The position numbers and the translations under genes are program-made. Below, piece after piece: positions 1-13,131 of a stretch of 64,000 bases of DNA. The notes beneath the pieces are model-generated. The model did no database searches, was not told where the DNA came from, and saw only the letters and a program-made list of their open reading frames with translations. Source of the stretch: Felis catus (lineage: Eukaryota); assembly GCF_018350175.1 (NCBI RefSeq), contig NC_058369.1:5582001-5646000 (forward strand), given 5' to 3'. Position 1 is the first letter of the stretch, and every line of letters starts with the position of its first letter.

Positions 1-1875
1 CAGAGGTGTGGCGATGTGCTCCCTCCCCGGGGTTCCTGTGGCACGTTTTTAGCCCCAAGGTGAGCCCTCTTACTCCTACGCATCCAGCCTCCTTCTCCTG
101 CCAATACTCTCCTAATTGTCCGAAGCAACCAACCCACTCTCGGCTCTTGGTCCTCCGGGACTGGAACAGAGCTGACAACAGCCCCGATGACCTCAGGCCT
201 CACCAGTTAGAACACCACACACCCCTGGTCGTTGGGACTGATTCAGGGAACGGCATGTGTGATGCAATCAGAGTCACTGGGGATTAATTCCTGAAATTCT
301 TTTTTCTTTTTCTTTTTTTTTTTTTTTTGTCGCCCCTAAACTCCCAGCTATAGACAGCCAGGCTGATGTAAGTCTGGAGCGGCTGGCAGCAGTCTGGTCT
401 CCACGTGGAGTCTGTGAATGATGCCAAACAGAGGAAAGCTGAGCCGGGTAACAGGAAAGACCCTGCTCTCTCAAAGACACCATCAGAGGCTCTGGATCGA
501 GCCACACCTGAAGACCATGCTACCTGAGAAACCTGTGTGTCCAGGGAGAGTGGTTCCCCTGCTCCCGTGTCCTGGGCTCAGAAGACAGACACATGTCCTG
601 GGCTCAGAAGACACCACTTCAGGGAAGTCTCAGCGCCAGCCTGGTCTCTGGGGATACTGGGGCCTTCCTGGGGCAGCTCAGGACCGGGGGTGTGGCCTTG
701 GTGGGCGCAGAGGTTGTCCAGCACATGAGTCATTGTTTTCCAGACATTTCTGCCGAGAGACAGGACTGCAGGAACACACGAAGGAGGCGGAGCAGGGAGG
801 CTGTTTTCCAGAGAACACCAGTTTCCCCTCAGAAACTGTTTTTTATCCTTTGCTCGGTGCTCCTGCTGGGGGGGCAGAGCCTGGCTGCCTTGAAGCCGAA
901 ACCCCGAGCGGACCCTCATGGCTACTTTCTCATCAATCCTGTGCCCGGCAGCTGCCTTCCCCGACGATGTCAAAAGGCCGTGCCCGGCTCCACCCTGACC
1001 CCACACTCCCCTTGCCCAGAGTTAACAGGAAAAGGAATCCCTGCTCCGGAAAAACCAACTCCAGGAAGTGGAAGGGACGAGAACCTTGAGGAAGAGAGCC
1101 ACGTCAGTTGGGGGAGGGGGGGCCTGTCCCGGGGAACCCTATTTTGGAAGAGCCAGTTTGGAGGAGACAACACAAAATGAAACCTGCTTTATCACAGAGG
1201 GCTTATTACGGACTGTGAGGTATTCCAAGCACAGCACGTGGGCCAATCTGCTAGTCTCGTGGGGAGCCTGTGAGGACGGTGCTGGTTTTGCCCTCCTTTC
1301 ACAGATGGGGAAACTGAGGCACCGCGGGGTGACCCCGCTTGTGGGAACTCACACAGCTAGCAGCCCGTGAAGCGGGGGTTTTTCAGGAATTAATTCCCAG
1401 GACGTCCTGGACCTGTTTGAGCTCCAGGGCCCGTGCACCCTGAGCGGCTACACTGCCTGTTCCAGATGGCAGGGCGAGAGAAATGGGCCTTGCTCATGAA
1501 GCCCTGGCGGGAAAGGAACACATATGACACAGATGACAAGGGAACGGACTGGGGGAGTGGCGGGGGGGGGGGCCTCAGTGGGGCTGCCCAGAGCACATGC
1601 CAAGAGCCAGAGAAGGGAGAGAATGAGCAGGGAAGCAGGCAGAAGCCATGCGGAAGAGACGGCAGGGGATGGCTAGGAGGAAGGGCTGGGGAAATGCTCT
1701 GGGAAGCTTCGAGAAGGGCCTGGGCTTGCTCACAGACTGGTGGGCAGAGGGCCAAAGGCTCAGGATGATAAAAGCCCTTTAGACAAACAGCAGCCTCCTC
1801 TCTGGGAAGGTGGCTGTGCCCTGGTCTTCGGCCCGGACGGGCTTGGGCTGAGCTGTATCAAACATCAAAGGGGAG

Positions 1876-3954
1876 GGGGTGCCTGGCTGGCTCAGTTGGT
1901 GGAGCATGCGTGCAACTCTTGATCTCAGGGTCGTCAGTTCGAGCCCCATGCTGGGTGTGGAGATGACTTAAAAAAAAAAAAAAAAAAAGCAAAAAACAAA
2001 AACAAAAACAAAATCAGAGGGGAGAAGCTATGAGCAGAGAGGCCAAGGGGCAGATCAAGAGGGACAAGTGGTCTCCTGACCATTAGCGGGGTCACAGAGG
2101 GACTCTTTGCTGCCTGTCGCTTGCCCCACCTATGCGGACCGCAGGACTGGCTGGCGGGGCCGAACCAGCTTCTCCCCCTGCTCCCCCAACCCAAGCAGGA
2201 GTTCAGGCCTCGGCAACGCTCAGTGACACTGGCAGGTGCCCGCCTCCCTCTGGGTCTCAGTCTTCCCAGGTGTCAGGAGGGAGGGTGGGGTGAGGGAAGC
2301 ACTCTGTGCCTCTCAGAAACCCCACGGAGGGAGACCCCAGCTTTGGTCAGCCTTTTCCTAGGCCCCCAACCCCACCAAATGTCCCCGGCCCCCAGCCTGG
2401 CTTGACCAGCACAGACTCTGTCCTGCCTTCAAGGGGGCTTGTGGAGATGCAGACATAGAAACCCACGCCCTGGAGGACGCCCAGGGCACTCTCCACATCA
2501 TCTGGGCTCAGGTAAGGCTTCCTCAGGAAGTGACGTCAGGCGGAGACTTGGAGGGTGAATGGCAGTGAGCCTCCTCCAAAGCACTGTGAGGCTCCCATCT
2601 GCTTCTTTTGAGGTTTGAATGAATGACTTATGAATTAATTCTGACACACCCTACGACATGGATGAGTATGGAAAACACTGAGCTCAGTGAAACGAGCCAG
2701 TCACCGGAAAAACTACTGTACGAATGCATTTAGATGAGCTCCCTGGAGGAGTCAAGTTCACAGAGAAAGTAGATGGCAGGTGCCAGGCAGGGTGTCATGG
2801 GGACAGAGGTTCAGTTTGGGAAGATGAGAAAGTTCTGGAGATGGATGGTGGGGATGGCGGTACACCCGTGAGTGTGCCTAACGCCACTGAACTCGACTGT
2901 TTCTGGGGCGCCCGGGGGGCTCAGTCAGTTAAGCGTCCAGCTTCGGCTCAGGTCATGATCTCGCGGTTCACGAGTTCGAGCCCCTCATCAGGTTCTGTGC
3001 TGACAGCTCGGAGCCTGGAGCCTGCTTCGGATTCTGGGTCTCCCTCTCTCTCTGCCCCTTCCCTGCTCACACTCTCTCTCTCAAAAATACATAAACATTA
3101 AAAAAAAATTTTTTTTTTGGTGAAGTGTTTCAAGGCTGGGCACCTGGGTGGCTCAGTCAGTTGAGCATCCGACTCTCGATTTCGGCTCAGGTCATGATCC
3201 CAGGGTCGTGGGATCAAGCCCTCCACACAGAGCGTGGAGCCTGCTTGAGATTCTCTCTCTCTCTTCCCCTGCCCCTCTCCACCTGTCCCCCTCTCAAGTG
3301 CTCTTTCTCACTAAAATTAAAACAACAACAAAAAAGTTAAAAAAATAATAAAATAAAATAAAAAGTATTACAATGGCTTATATTATGTTATGTTATATTA
3401 TATTATATTATATTATATTATATTATATTATATTATATTATATATACACATATATATTTTTTACCACAATAAAAAAATTGGAGGGGCACCTGAGTGGCTC
3501 AGTCGGTTGAGCATCTGACTCTTGATTTTGGCTCAGGTCATGATCTCACAGATCCTGAGATCAAGCCCCGAATCAGCTCCACACTGACAATACGGAGCCT
3601 TCTTGGGGTTCCCTCTCTCCACAGTCTCCCCCCCCACTCTCGCTCTCTCTCAAAATAAATAAATAAACTTTAAAAGGACTAGAAAAACACATATGAATTA
3701 AACCTTGCTAAGAAAAAGATGTCATTTAGACTTTTGTTTCCTTAGCCAACTGCTCAGCTATTTTTGATCTAAATGAGTTAAAATGGGGTGGCTGGCTCAG
3801 TCGGTGAAGTGTCTGATTTTGGCTCAGGTCATGATCTTGAGGTTCATGAGTTTGAGCCCCATGTCAGGCTCTATGCTGACAGCTCAGATCCTGGAGATTG
3901 GTTGGGATTCTGTGTCTCCCTCTCTCTCTGTCCCTTCCCTGCTCATGTTCTGTT

Positions 3955-3993
<39 letters not shown>

Positions 3994-4020
3994 CATAAAT
4001 AAATATTAAAAAGAATTTTC
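1876..4020 (+). mobile_element. Five CAN-SINEs (about 1876, 2904, 3137, 3483, 3785) plus an old L1 3' fragment (about 2630-2900) in MARCHF2 intron 2
   Basis: GGGGCGCCTGGGTGGCTCAG-type tRNA-like heads and A-rich tails; most carry a (CT)n tract. Confidence 0.88.
3380..3445. repeat. (ATATT)n microsatellite
   Basis: Directly visible. Confidence 0.9.
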
Positions 4021-4733
4021 TTGAGTTAAAATGGATTCGAGGCAGACACTCTCTCCTTTGCTGTCCTACCCACCGCTCCCGTGTGGCGTATTCAATAAAC
4101 TTCTATCTCCTTTTAAAATAAATAAACGAATGAATAAACCAATTAATTAAATTCAACTAAATGGATTTGAATTTGTGTGGGGTTTACTTCAGACGCTTTT
4201 CCTTGGGAACGATGACAAGTTGGCAAACCAGGCAGGGTCAGCTCACATATGGGTCTGGAAAGCCGGCACCGAGGCTTAAATCCTTTTATCGAACACATAC
4301 ACACTGGCAGACCCGCGCGCAGACGCTTTATGTGAACCATGGCAACGACCTCTCAGAACAATGCAATGGGGAAGGTGTCCCCATCTCGGAGACGAGGGTA
4401 GAGTGACCTGTCCCGGGTCCCCGAGGGAGACAGGCTGGCAGCAGGATCTGAGCCCGCCTGCCCTGCTAGCCACTTCTATGTAACGCCTCTCCAAAATCTG
4501 AGCTACTCACCCACGGACGTCTAATCTTCAGACGTCAGCTGACAATCTGGAATTTCCACTTTTCCTGAAGAAGCAGAAACCAGACCTGGCCAGCCTGGGC
4601 CTCTGCTTCCACATGGCGGTTATGATCGGGGGCCCCCGCTCTCTGCCCACCTGTTCCCTCTAGATGATTCTGATCCCAGGCTGGGAGGAAATTGCTTGGC
4701 CCAGGCAAAGACACCTGCTCGGTCACCACTCAC

Positions 4734-4909
4734 CTTGACGTGTCTAAGGCTCGGATCACGGTTGAGAGGAGCCGGCCGTCCCTTGAAGTCACCTGCGCCA
4801 CATACTGAGGTGGCCCGAGGCCAGTGGCCTCCACGACCTTGGAGAAGGCAGGGCTGCCAGAGCAGTCACACAGGGAGCCAGGGAGGTGGCAGCAGTCACC
4901 AGTCGTCAT
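4734..4909 (-). CDS. MARCHF2: MARCHF2 (E3 ubiquitin ligase MARCH2) first coding exon, CDS part; gene continues beyond coordinate 1
   Basis: Translates [58 protein letters not shown], recognised as the MARCH2 N-terminus. Acceptor ctctccccag precedes 4961 (52-nt UTR part); donor AG|GTGAGT at 4733. The RING-CH exon was not found in 1-4733. Confidence 0.93.
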
Positions 4910-7539
4910 GGCCACAGGGAGCCCTGCGTCCTCAGGGCCCGAGGCCCATGGTCCCAAGAGCCTGGGGAGAGGCCCGGCAGGGAAGTTAAGGGAAAGGTTT
5001 TCGAGCCGAACATTGAGCGGGGCTTCAATCCAGCTCTCTGAGCCTTAGTTGCCCAATCTGTAAAATGGGGCTCTGTCGGGGGGCTGTGAGGATTCAAGGA
5101 GATGCCACTTGCCCTGGCGCACGACAGGGGCTCGGTTATATTATCTCTGACTCCCCTGAGAAAAGTCAGCCAGGTCTAGCCCTCAAGGCCAATCACCTCT
5201 CTAGACACGGTAACAGCACCTCACAGTTAGAGTGCCTGGTGTGTGGCTGGCCCGTGCTTGGTGCTTCCTCGGGCTGGAACCATGCCCACCAAGCACATAG
5301 ACGCTTGTCCTCCATGGACTGGATTTCTGGGGCTTGGCTCAGAGCAGGTGAGCCTGCCTTTGAGTTGGGCAGAACTGGGCTGGAAACCCGGCCCCACAGA
5401 CCAGGAAGGTGCATCATCTGATACCTCCTTGGTACCTCAAGCCATCGGGAAAATGGCCCAGGCTGGGGAGAGCTACGGCAGGCCTCTGTCCCCACCAGGG
5501 CGGCTGCCCCGAGCCACGCCTGTGTCCTCGAGGAGAAGCAGTGGCCAATGGAGCCCTCCTAGCCCATCATGCCCTTCTGGGGCCTCCACACTTGGGCCAC
5601 TGCCGGCCAGATAAGCAAGTATCAGCCCAGAAGCAGGAGGAGCGGGAGGAAGGCTGTGTGACCTAGATAACATCCTCAGGGCAGCGGAGGGAGGGCCGTC
5701 GTGTTGTCCTGTGGTGTAGGCTCCTGTCCCTCCCGGGTGCCTACAACCAGAACGTCTGTCTGGCTCAGAGGTCAACAGGGAAGCCTCCGGGCTATCCGAG
5801 AGAATGCACACAGAGGGGAATCCGTTCTTCCAGCCCCGCCCCAGGCATCGGCCTTAACATTCCTACAAGTGATTGGGCATTACAAGAACCAGCACGGCTC
5901 CTGGATGTTAAGTTCTGCATTTCAGTTACTATTGGGGGTTAAAGGTCATCAGGAAATCCACTAAAGCAAGGCCTGAAAATCACCCAAATTCCGACAGCAG
6001 CTCCGTGGAGGGCCTACCACACGGGGCGTACTGAGAAGCTCACTGAACTCCAAATAGCTGCTGTTAAGTGTCCCCTTCAATGGTCGCCTCCCTGGAGAGG
6101 CCTTCCCTGAACTCCCTGGCCGAAGGGCCACAGGCATCCATATTACTGAGCTCGTCGAATGTGGTCCTCTCTGAAGCGTTCTTATATATTTCTTCATCTT
6201 CCTGTGGACCCACATCTGCCTTCCGTCCTTCAGTGAGTTCTGGGAAGGGGGGACCCAGTCTGACATGCACTCCACCGTCCCCAGCGCCTGCCCTGGGTCT
6301 GGCACAAAGTTGCTGCATTAATGTCTCAGCCCCCCAATCGGTGGGGAGAATCAGCCCTCGTGACCCCCACACCTTGGTCCGCCAACGCCCATGGTGGGAA
6401 TCAGAGATGGTTAGAGGCTAGAGGTTTGTGCAAACCATAGAGGCCCGGGCTTGGAAGGGGCCAAAACTCCAGGCTCGACTCAGCTCGGGGGCTGCTGGGC
6501 TGGGAGCGTGAGCCAACGTCCCAAGCGAACTTGGCCCAGTGCCTGGGGGATAGATTTCACTGAGTCTTTCCAACAAACATACGACAGAAGTCTAATAATT
6601 ACCCCCATTTGACAAGTGAGGAGACTGAGGCTCAGAGAGGGGCAGCTACTGGCCCAAGGTCGCACAGCTAACAAGGGACAGTACCAAGATTCGAATTTAA
6701 CCCAGTGAGTGCGTCTGGGGCTCAAAAGACCTGGATTCTTTTAAGTCTTGACTCCGTCACTGATGCTGTGTGTCCTGGGACAGGCCACTCTGCCTCTCTG
6801 GGCCTCATCCTTCTCTTCTGTCAAATAAGGCGAAGAAGCTGGTAGACTGTTTGCTGAGAAAACTTCTTGAGAAGGAGCCCCCAGGCTCAATTCCTCCAGA
6901 GAGGCGTCTGGGCCCATCTGGGGTGGTGCTGGGGCATTGCAACCTGCCCAGCCTTCTTTCCCCGAGAGCAAGAAACTAAAGGAAGAGGAATCAGAGGGCC
7001 CCTAACTCCCTACGGTGTCAACTCGGGCAAACTGCTTCACTCTCTGGGCCTCAGTTTTCTCATCTGTGAAATGGGGGTCATAATGATACCCAGCTCCTAC
7101 ACGCATAGTTATTAAGAAGGGTTTACTCCCTGCTCTGCCCTCATTTGCTGTATGGCCCCAAGGGAAAGGACTAGCCTTCTCTGAGCCTCAATTTCTTCAT
7201 CTGTATAACAGGGAACGTTTCTAGTACTTCGACCTCTTATGGTCCCTGGAGGATTAAATGAGCTAATCATATCAATTCTGACCACCTTGTTTTGAGCATC
7301 CCCTAACAGCCCGGCACTCTGCTAAGCAAGTCCTTTGTATCCAGTGCCTGGGTTATTACAATATTTACTGTTTTCCAGGCAGAGCCCCCCTGAGAAGGAG
7401 GTTGGGGAAGGCACTTAGTGACCGCCTACTGTGTGCAGGGCTCTTTCCTCATCCACCACCTTCTGAATTCTCCTAACAAGCCCCCATTAGGTTGGCGCTG
7501 GGATGACCCGGTTTCACAGACGGGGAAATCGAGGCGCGG

Positions 7540-8140
7540 AGAGGCACCTACTGTGTGCCGGGCCTCAGGGACCTCACGCCGACCCCGAGACCGGAACTGC
7601 GATCCCCTCGTTCCAGGGAAGGCTGAGGCCGAAGAGTCTGAGCCTGATCGTCCCGCTCGGGAGCCAGGCTCGGGCCTCGAACCCGGGGCCACCCCGCGGA
7701 CCCGCGCCCCCCGGCCCCACCCGCCCGCCTGTGCCTACCTGATCCGCGGCCGGGCCGGGCGGCCGCGCAGGCCCCTTCGCTAGCCCCGGCCCTGGTCCCG
7801 GCCCGGCCGGTCCCCTCAGCGCCGCTAGCTTCGCTCGGGCCGGCACCTGCGTCCGGACACCGCCCGCCGAGCCGACGGTGCGGCGGACCAATGGCGACCG
7901 CCTCTCGCCCGCATGAGCCAATCGCCGTGCACGTCCCGCCCTAGGAGGCGGGGCCGGGGGCGACGGGGACGTCCTGGGCCGCACAGGCCCCGCGGCGCCG
8001 CGGCTGCTGGCTCCGCCCCTGCCGCGTCCTAGCTCCGCCCCCAGTCCCGGCTCCACCCCCAGCCCTCTCCCCGCCCCATCTTGGCAGGGGGCACGAGCGG
8101 GGTTGGTGGCGCCACCTGCCGTCGACCGGTGCCAGCTAAT
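7540..8140. promoter_or_regulatory. MARCHF2 CpG-island promoter with two CCAAT boxes and GC boxes
   Basis: Very high CpG density; CCAAT at 7888-7892 and 7918-7922 (30-bp spacing); GGCGGG/CCCGCCCC boxes near 7947 and 8069; no TATA. Confidence 0.8.
7739..7870 (-). other. MARCHF2: Probable non-coding exon 1 of MARCHF2 (5' boundary approximate)
   Basis: Lies inside a CpG island; minus-strand donor CAG|GTAGGC at 7738; no ATG in the exon; CCAAT and GC boxes just upstream. Confidence 0.7.
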
Positions 8141-11100
8141 AAATAAAACCGTTACGGAAATGAACGTGACTCATAGCAAAGGGATTTGTAAGTGTTCATC
8201 ACCTCCCTTATGTTTCTCATTAATTCTGGGAGAGAAAGTGAGAGGAACCGAATGATCACACTTTACAGAGGGAAAGCAGCCCAGAGAGGATAGGGGGCCA
8301 TGGAAGAGCCTAAAGCCAAGGTCATGTACTCATCATTCACTTATTCATTCCCTCATGCAATAGGTTCATTCACTGGATGCAATAAACATCAATAAGAGGG
8401 CCTGTTATGTGGCCAGGCACTGTCCTCGGCGCTGAGGACACAAGGTTGAGTAAGACAAATACTGTTGCCTTCACGGACCTTAATTCAGGGAATTAAACAA
8501 CCAGTTGTATAGTTAATTATTAATTATAAAAGCAATAAATTCTGGCAAGTGAGAGGGGGCATATCATGAAATAATTTGGAAAGTCCAAAAATATTTCCTT
8601 GAAAAAGAAGCAATTGAACTGAAAACTAGGAGTAGAGGTGAACTAGGAGAAGAGAGGGAGGAAGAATCCGAGGCAGAGAGTTCAAGCACATGCAAAGAGC
8701 TGAGGTAGGATGGAGAAGTGCCTCAGTATTTCCTTCCTCTCCTGCCCTATCTTTATGGAATACACAGGCCAGTTCAATGACCTCAGTTACATTCTGTTGT
8801 GTTGTACTGGCTTTATTTTTCAAAAGTGAAAAGATAAATCATAACATTGTTTGAAAGGTTAGAGGGAAGAGGTGGGAGGAAGGGGACAAAGATACAAGTT
8901 AGACTCTTAAAAAATATACCTTGTCTTATATATTTGGTTTTACAACCATGTAAAAATTTTACATAATTATAAAACAAAATTCAAAGCATAAAGATAGCCC
9001 TCAAAACAAAACAAAGGAAACCCTGTATCCAGTTGGTACAAAATGACACGGAGATGAACTCCTACTGACTTGAGACCAGGACTGTTTGTCTGCATACCAC
9101 TACTATATTGTTGATGGTGATGTTGCAATTGTTATTCTGAACTTGTGGCATATTTAGTTTGGGATAAAGCGAAAGCAAAGGAGTACTTATGCTGATGTCA
9201 AGGACTGGGATTTTCAGAGGGAGTGAAGGAAGTAGGGAATATAAAGTTGATTACATTAATAAAAACCCTGCAGCCTTGAATTTGAATTGAGAGTGTTGTG
9301 ATACATTTTACCTATATAAAAAGAAAACATTTCTTTGGTCGGTTGGTTGCCCGACTCTTGATTTCAGCTCAGACCGTGATCTCACAGTTGGCGAGATCAA
9401 GCCCCACGTGGGGCTCTGCACTGATAGCTCGGAGCCTGCTTGGGATTCTTTCTTTCTGCCCCTCGTCTGCTCATGTTGTCTCTGTCTCTCTGTCTCTGTC
9501 TCTGTCTCTCTCTCAAAATAAATAAATAACATTAAAAAAATACATTTCCTAGCTCTGTCCACTGACGAGTTCTGAAACAAAGACTGACTTTGTTGCAATG
9601 AGCACTCCTTAAGCCCAGATCATGGTCTCTAAATACCATTTCCAATTGAATGAGCCAGGGAACCTAGGCAAATATCTGATTCTGGGTCTGAAGAAGGGAA
9701 TGTACAAGATGAATTCTGGTATACCAGAAAGCACAGGCATTATCAAAGACATTACCTAGTGAGGCAATGTCAGTGGGAGCCCAACTAAGACGCTCTCACT
9801 GGCCACAAATGGCATTATTTGCCCTGCAATAAGGGGAATGGTTGCAGTTGATCAAAACAGGTCAAATGTTTAAATCCATTCACTGGGGTTTTAAAAATTC
9901 TTATCTCAAAATAGCGTTGGGGCACCTTGCTGGCTCAGTCTGCAGAGCATGTGGCTCTTGATCTGGGGGGTCATGACTTCAAGCCCCACATTGGGCACAG
10001 AGTTTACTTCAAAATAAAAAAGTCAAATGTACATAAAAATTGCAGAAGTGAAAGTTACAGAGCTCCTACAAATATTTGCCCGGATTCTTCACTTGTTAAC
10101 ATTTCTGAATCTTTTATTTTTTTTTAATATATTTTTTCTCGTCTGTTTTTTTGTTTTTGTTTTTGTTTTTTTTTTAGTAATCTCTCCATGCTCGATATAG
10201 AGCCCGACACAGGGCTCGATCCCACAACCCTGGGATCATGACCTGAGCCAAAACCAAGAGTAGGACGCCTAACCGACTGAGCCACTCAGGCACCCTTCCC
10301 ACAGGGCCTTTAAAGCTGCAGCATCTATTCCAGATCATACACTGTATGTTTCTAATTTTAGTGTCCTTCATTCGGTAACAATTCTTCAATCTTTGTGTTT
10401 CATGACCTTGATGCTTTTGGAGAGTATGAGCTGGCTATTTTGCAGAAAGTTCCTCCATTTGTGTTTGTCTACTGTTTTGTCACGATTTAGGCACTTGGAA
10501 CAAGAACTACAGAAGTGATAAAGCGTTCTCAGTGCATATATCCGGAGGCATAGAATGTTGATTTCTTCCATTACTGATTATGCTAGCCTGTTTAAAATCG
10601 TGTCTGCCGGGTGTCCAGCCTGAGCTAGGATGTTGCACTTGTCAATGGTGCTTTATGGGAAAAGACTTTGAAATTAATGAAATATCTGGTTCCTCAACAA
10701 ACTTTCACCCACTAGATTTATTATCCATTGATGACACACCAATTTTTTTTTAATTTTGTTGTTAACGTTACTTTAGACAAAGAAGGTTTTGTTTTTTTAT
10801 TTATTTTTTAATTTTTTTAACGTTTATTTATTTTTGAGACAGAGAGAGACAGAGCATGAACGGGGGAGGGTCAGAGAGAGAGGGAGACACAGAATCTGAA
10901 ACAGGCTCCAGGCTCCGAGCTGTCAGCCCAGAGCCCGACGCAGGGCTCGAACTCACGGACCGCGAGATCATAACCTGAGCCGAAGTCGGACACTTAACCG
11001 ACTGAGCCACCCAGGCGCCCCAAGAAGGTTTTATTTTTAAAAAATAAAGAAAGAATTCTGGAGGAGGATGGCTGCCGGCATTGGCTTGGTCAAATGATGA

Positions 11101-13093
11101 TAATAGGGTCAGCGACTCTGAGAGTTTTTTGGTCTTTTCCTCACGGTAGTGAAGATGTCTGCTGGGGTTCCAGGCATCATATCCTCAATCAAGGCAGGAA
11201 GAAGGGAGTGGCATGGAGGTGTTAGCCTTTTTTAAAACCAGATTACGTTTGCCAAATAACTTTTCTACCTCCGTCTTCGAGCACTTCCTTATATAGTGGT
11301 TCAACAAAATGTTCCAAGGTGGCATTTTCTTGTTATTTTTACCTGCCCCAGCTCTGGAAGCAACCATGTCTCCCAAGGAGCCCTGGTTTTCATGGGGAAT
11401 GACATTTAAAAACCAAAAGCTGGTTGCTAGGTGTGGTCACTGTTACTACAGTGGTTATCAATTCTTACTTTTCTCATTGTAATACATGTGTGTATGTACC
11501 TATTTATAGACATTTACCTGCCTATCATCTGTCTGTCTATCCATCCATCCATCCATCTTTAAAACTACGAGTGCACACCCATACCTCTAATTCTAATCTA
11601 ACACCAAACTTTATCCCAGACACTTTGCATATTTCTAACTTCCTCCTCTGACTGAGAAACCTATGTCTCATGATCCCCAGTACATCTACTCTTCTACACT
11701 CCCCCACCCCATGTATAGCCTAACTCCTAGATGCACTGGTCAAGACTCAGTCCCAGATATATACCTCCTACTCAATTCCACCCCCATTGGGCACACTGGT
11801 TGAAAGCGTGGCTCCAACCAAGGAGTTAAATTCATGCACGTTAACTAAAAAAACAAAAACAAAAACAATGCAACAGTGACTGAAGGCTTCTTGTGAAGCC
11901 TTTGAGTTGGGACCCATCTCGAAAATTACGAAATTCCAAAGCGGACAAAGAATGAAGTATTTATGCTGGCCCGTACAATCCACACCTCAGGGTAACTACG
12001 TAGGTGAAGGGAAACTTCTCTTTACAGATGTATTCTAGCAATAAGTGAGGAAGGCTAGATTTCGAATATCGCCATTCTGTAACCCTAATGGATTGTGAAC
12101 CTAAGCGATACTTTGCAGCAGCTACAAAGGAGACACGCGCCACAAATGAGACATGCTGACATCATCTGCCTCCTAGCGCGTGCCCACATCACCTCCGAAG
12201 TGCCCAGTCCCAAATCTGATCACACTCCACATCTATTAATTTACAGGAAATGCAGGGGACAAAGGGACATGTTAAATGACACCCTAGAGGTCCCTAGAGA
12301 CAAAAAGCAGATTGGTGGTTGCCAGAGACGGGGGAAGGAAGGGGAAATGGGGAGAAACTGCTTAATGGGTACAGGGTTTCTTTGTGGAGTGGTGAAAACA
12401 ATTCCGTTGTAGAGTGTGATGATGTTTGCACAACCTTGTGCATATACTCGAAACCACTGGATGTGCATTTTTAAATGCTTTGAACGGAGAGGTTTAGGTT
12501 GGGTGAACTTTATCTCAAATTTTTAAAAAACAAAAAGGGAGAGATCACAGGGATGCTACCAGCAAAATTCAGACGGAGTGACCACAATACAAGTTTTAAC
12601 TTAATTTAATTATTTTATGAGAGAGAGTGCATGTGCATGCATGCGAGCAGGAAAGGGTCAGAGAGAGAGAGAGAGAAGGAGAGAGAGAGATCCCAAGAGG
12701 CTCCACACCGCCAGTGCAGAGCCCCACCCGGGACTTCACACAGGGCTGGATCCCATGACCATGAGATCACTCACTGAGCCAAAATCAAGAGTCAGACACT
12801 TAACTAATTTAGCCACCCAGGCACAAGTCTTTGTATTTTAGAGAGAGGTACTGAAATATTTAGGGCTGGAATGTGTCTGGAATTGGCACACAGGAAGAGA
12901 ATAGGGTGAAACCAGATTGGCTGAGGTTGGGTGATGGGCTGATAGGGGTTCTTTAGACTATTCTCTCCACTTTCATGTGTTTAAAATCTTTTGTGGGGCA
13001 CCGGGGTGGCTCAGTGGGTTAAGCATCCAAGTCTTGATTTCGGCTCAGGCCATGATCTCACAGTTTGAGCTGATAGCACAGAGCCTGCTTGGG

Positions 13094-13131
<38 letters not shown>

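Noticed and set aside
4910..4957. In-frame TTG-initiated 16-aa extension of MARCHF2 in the ORF track
   Set aside because: Non-AUG start with no support; the recognised protein begins at MTTGDCC.
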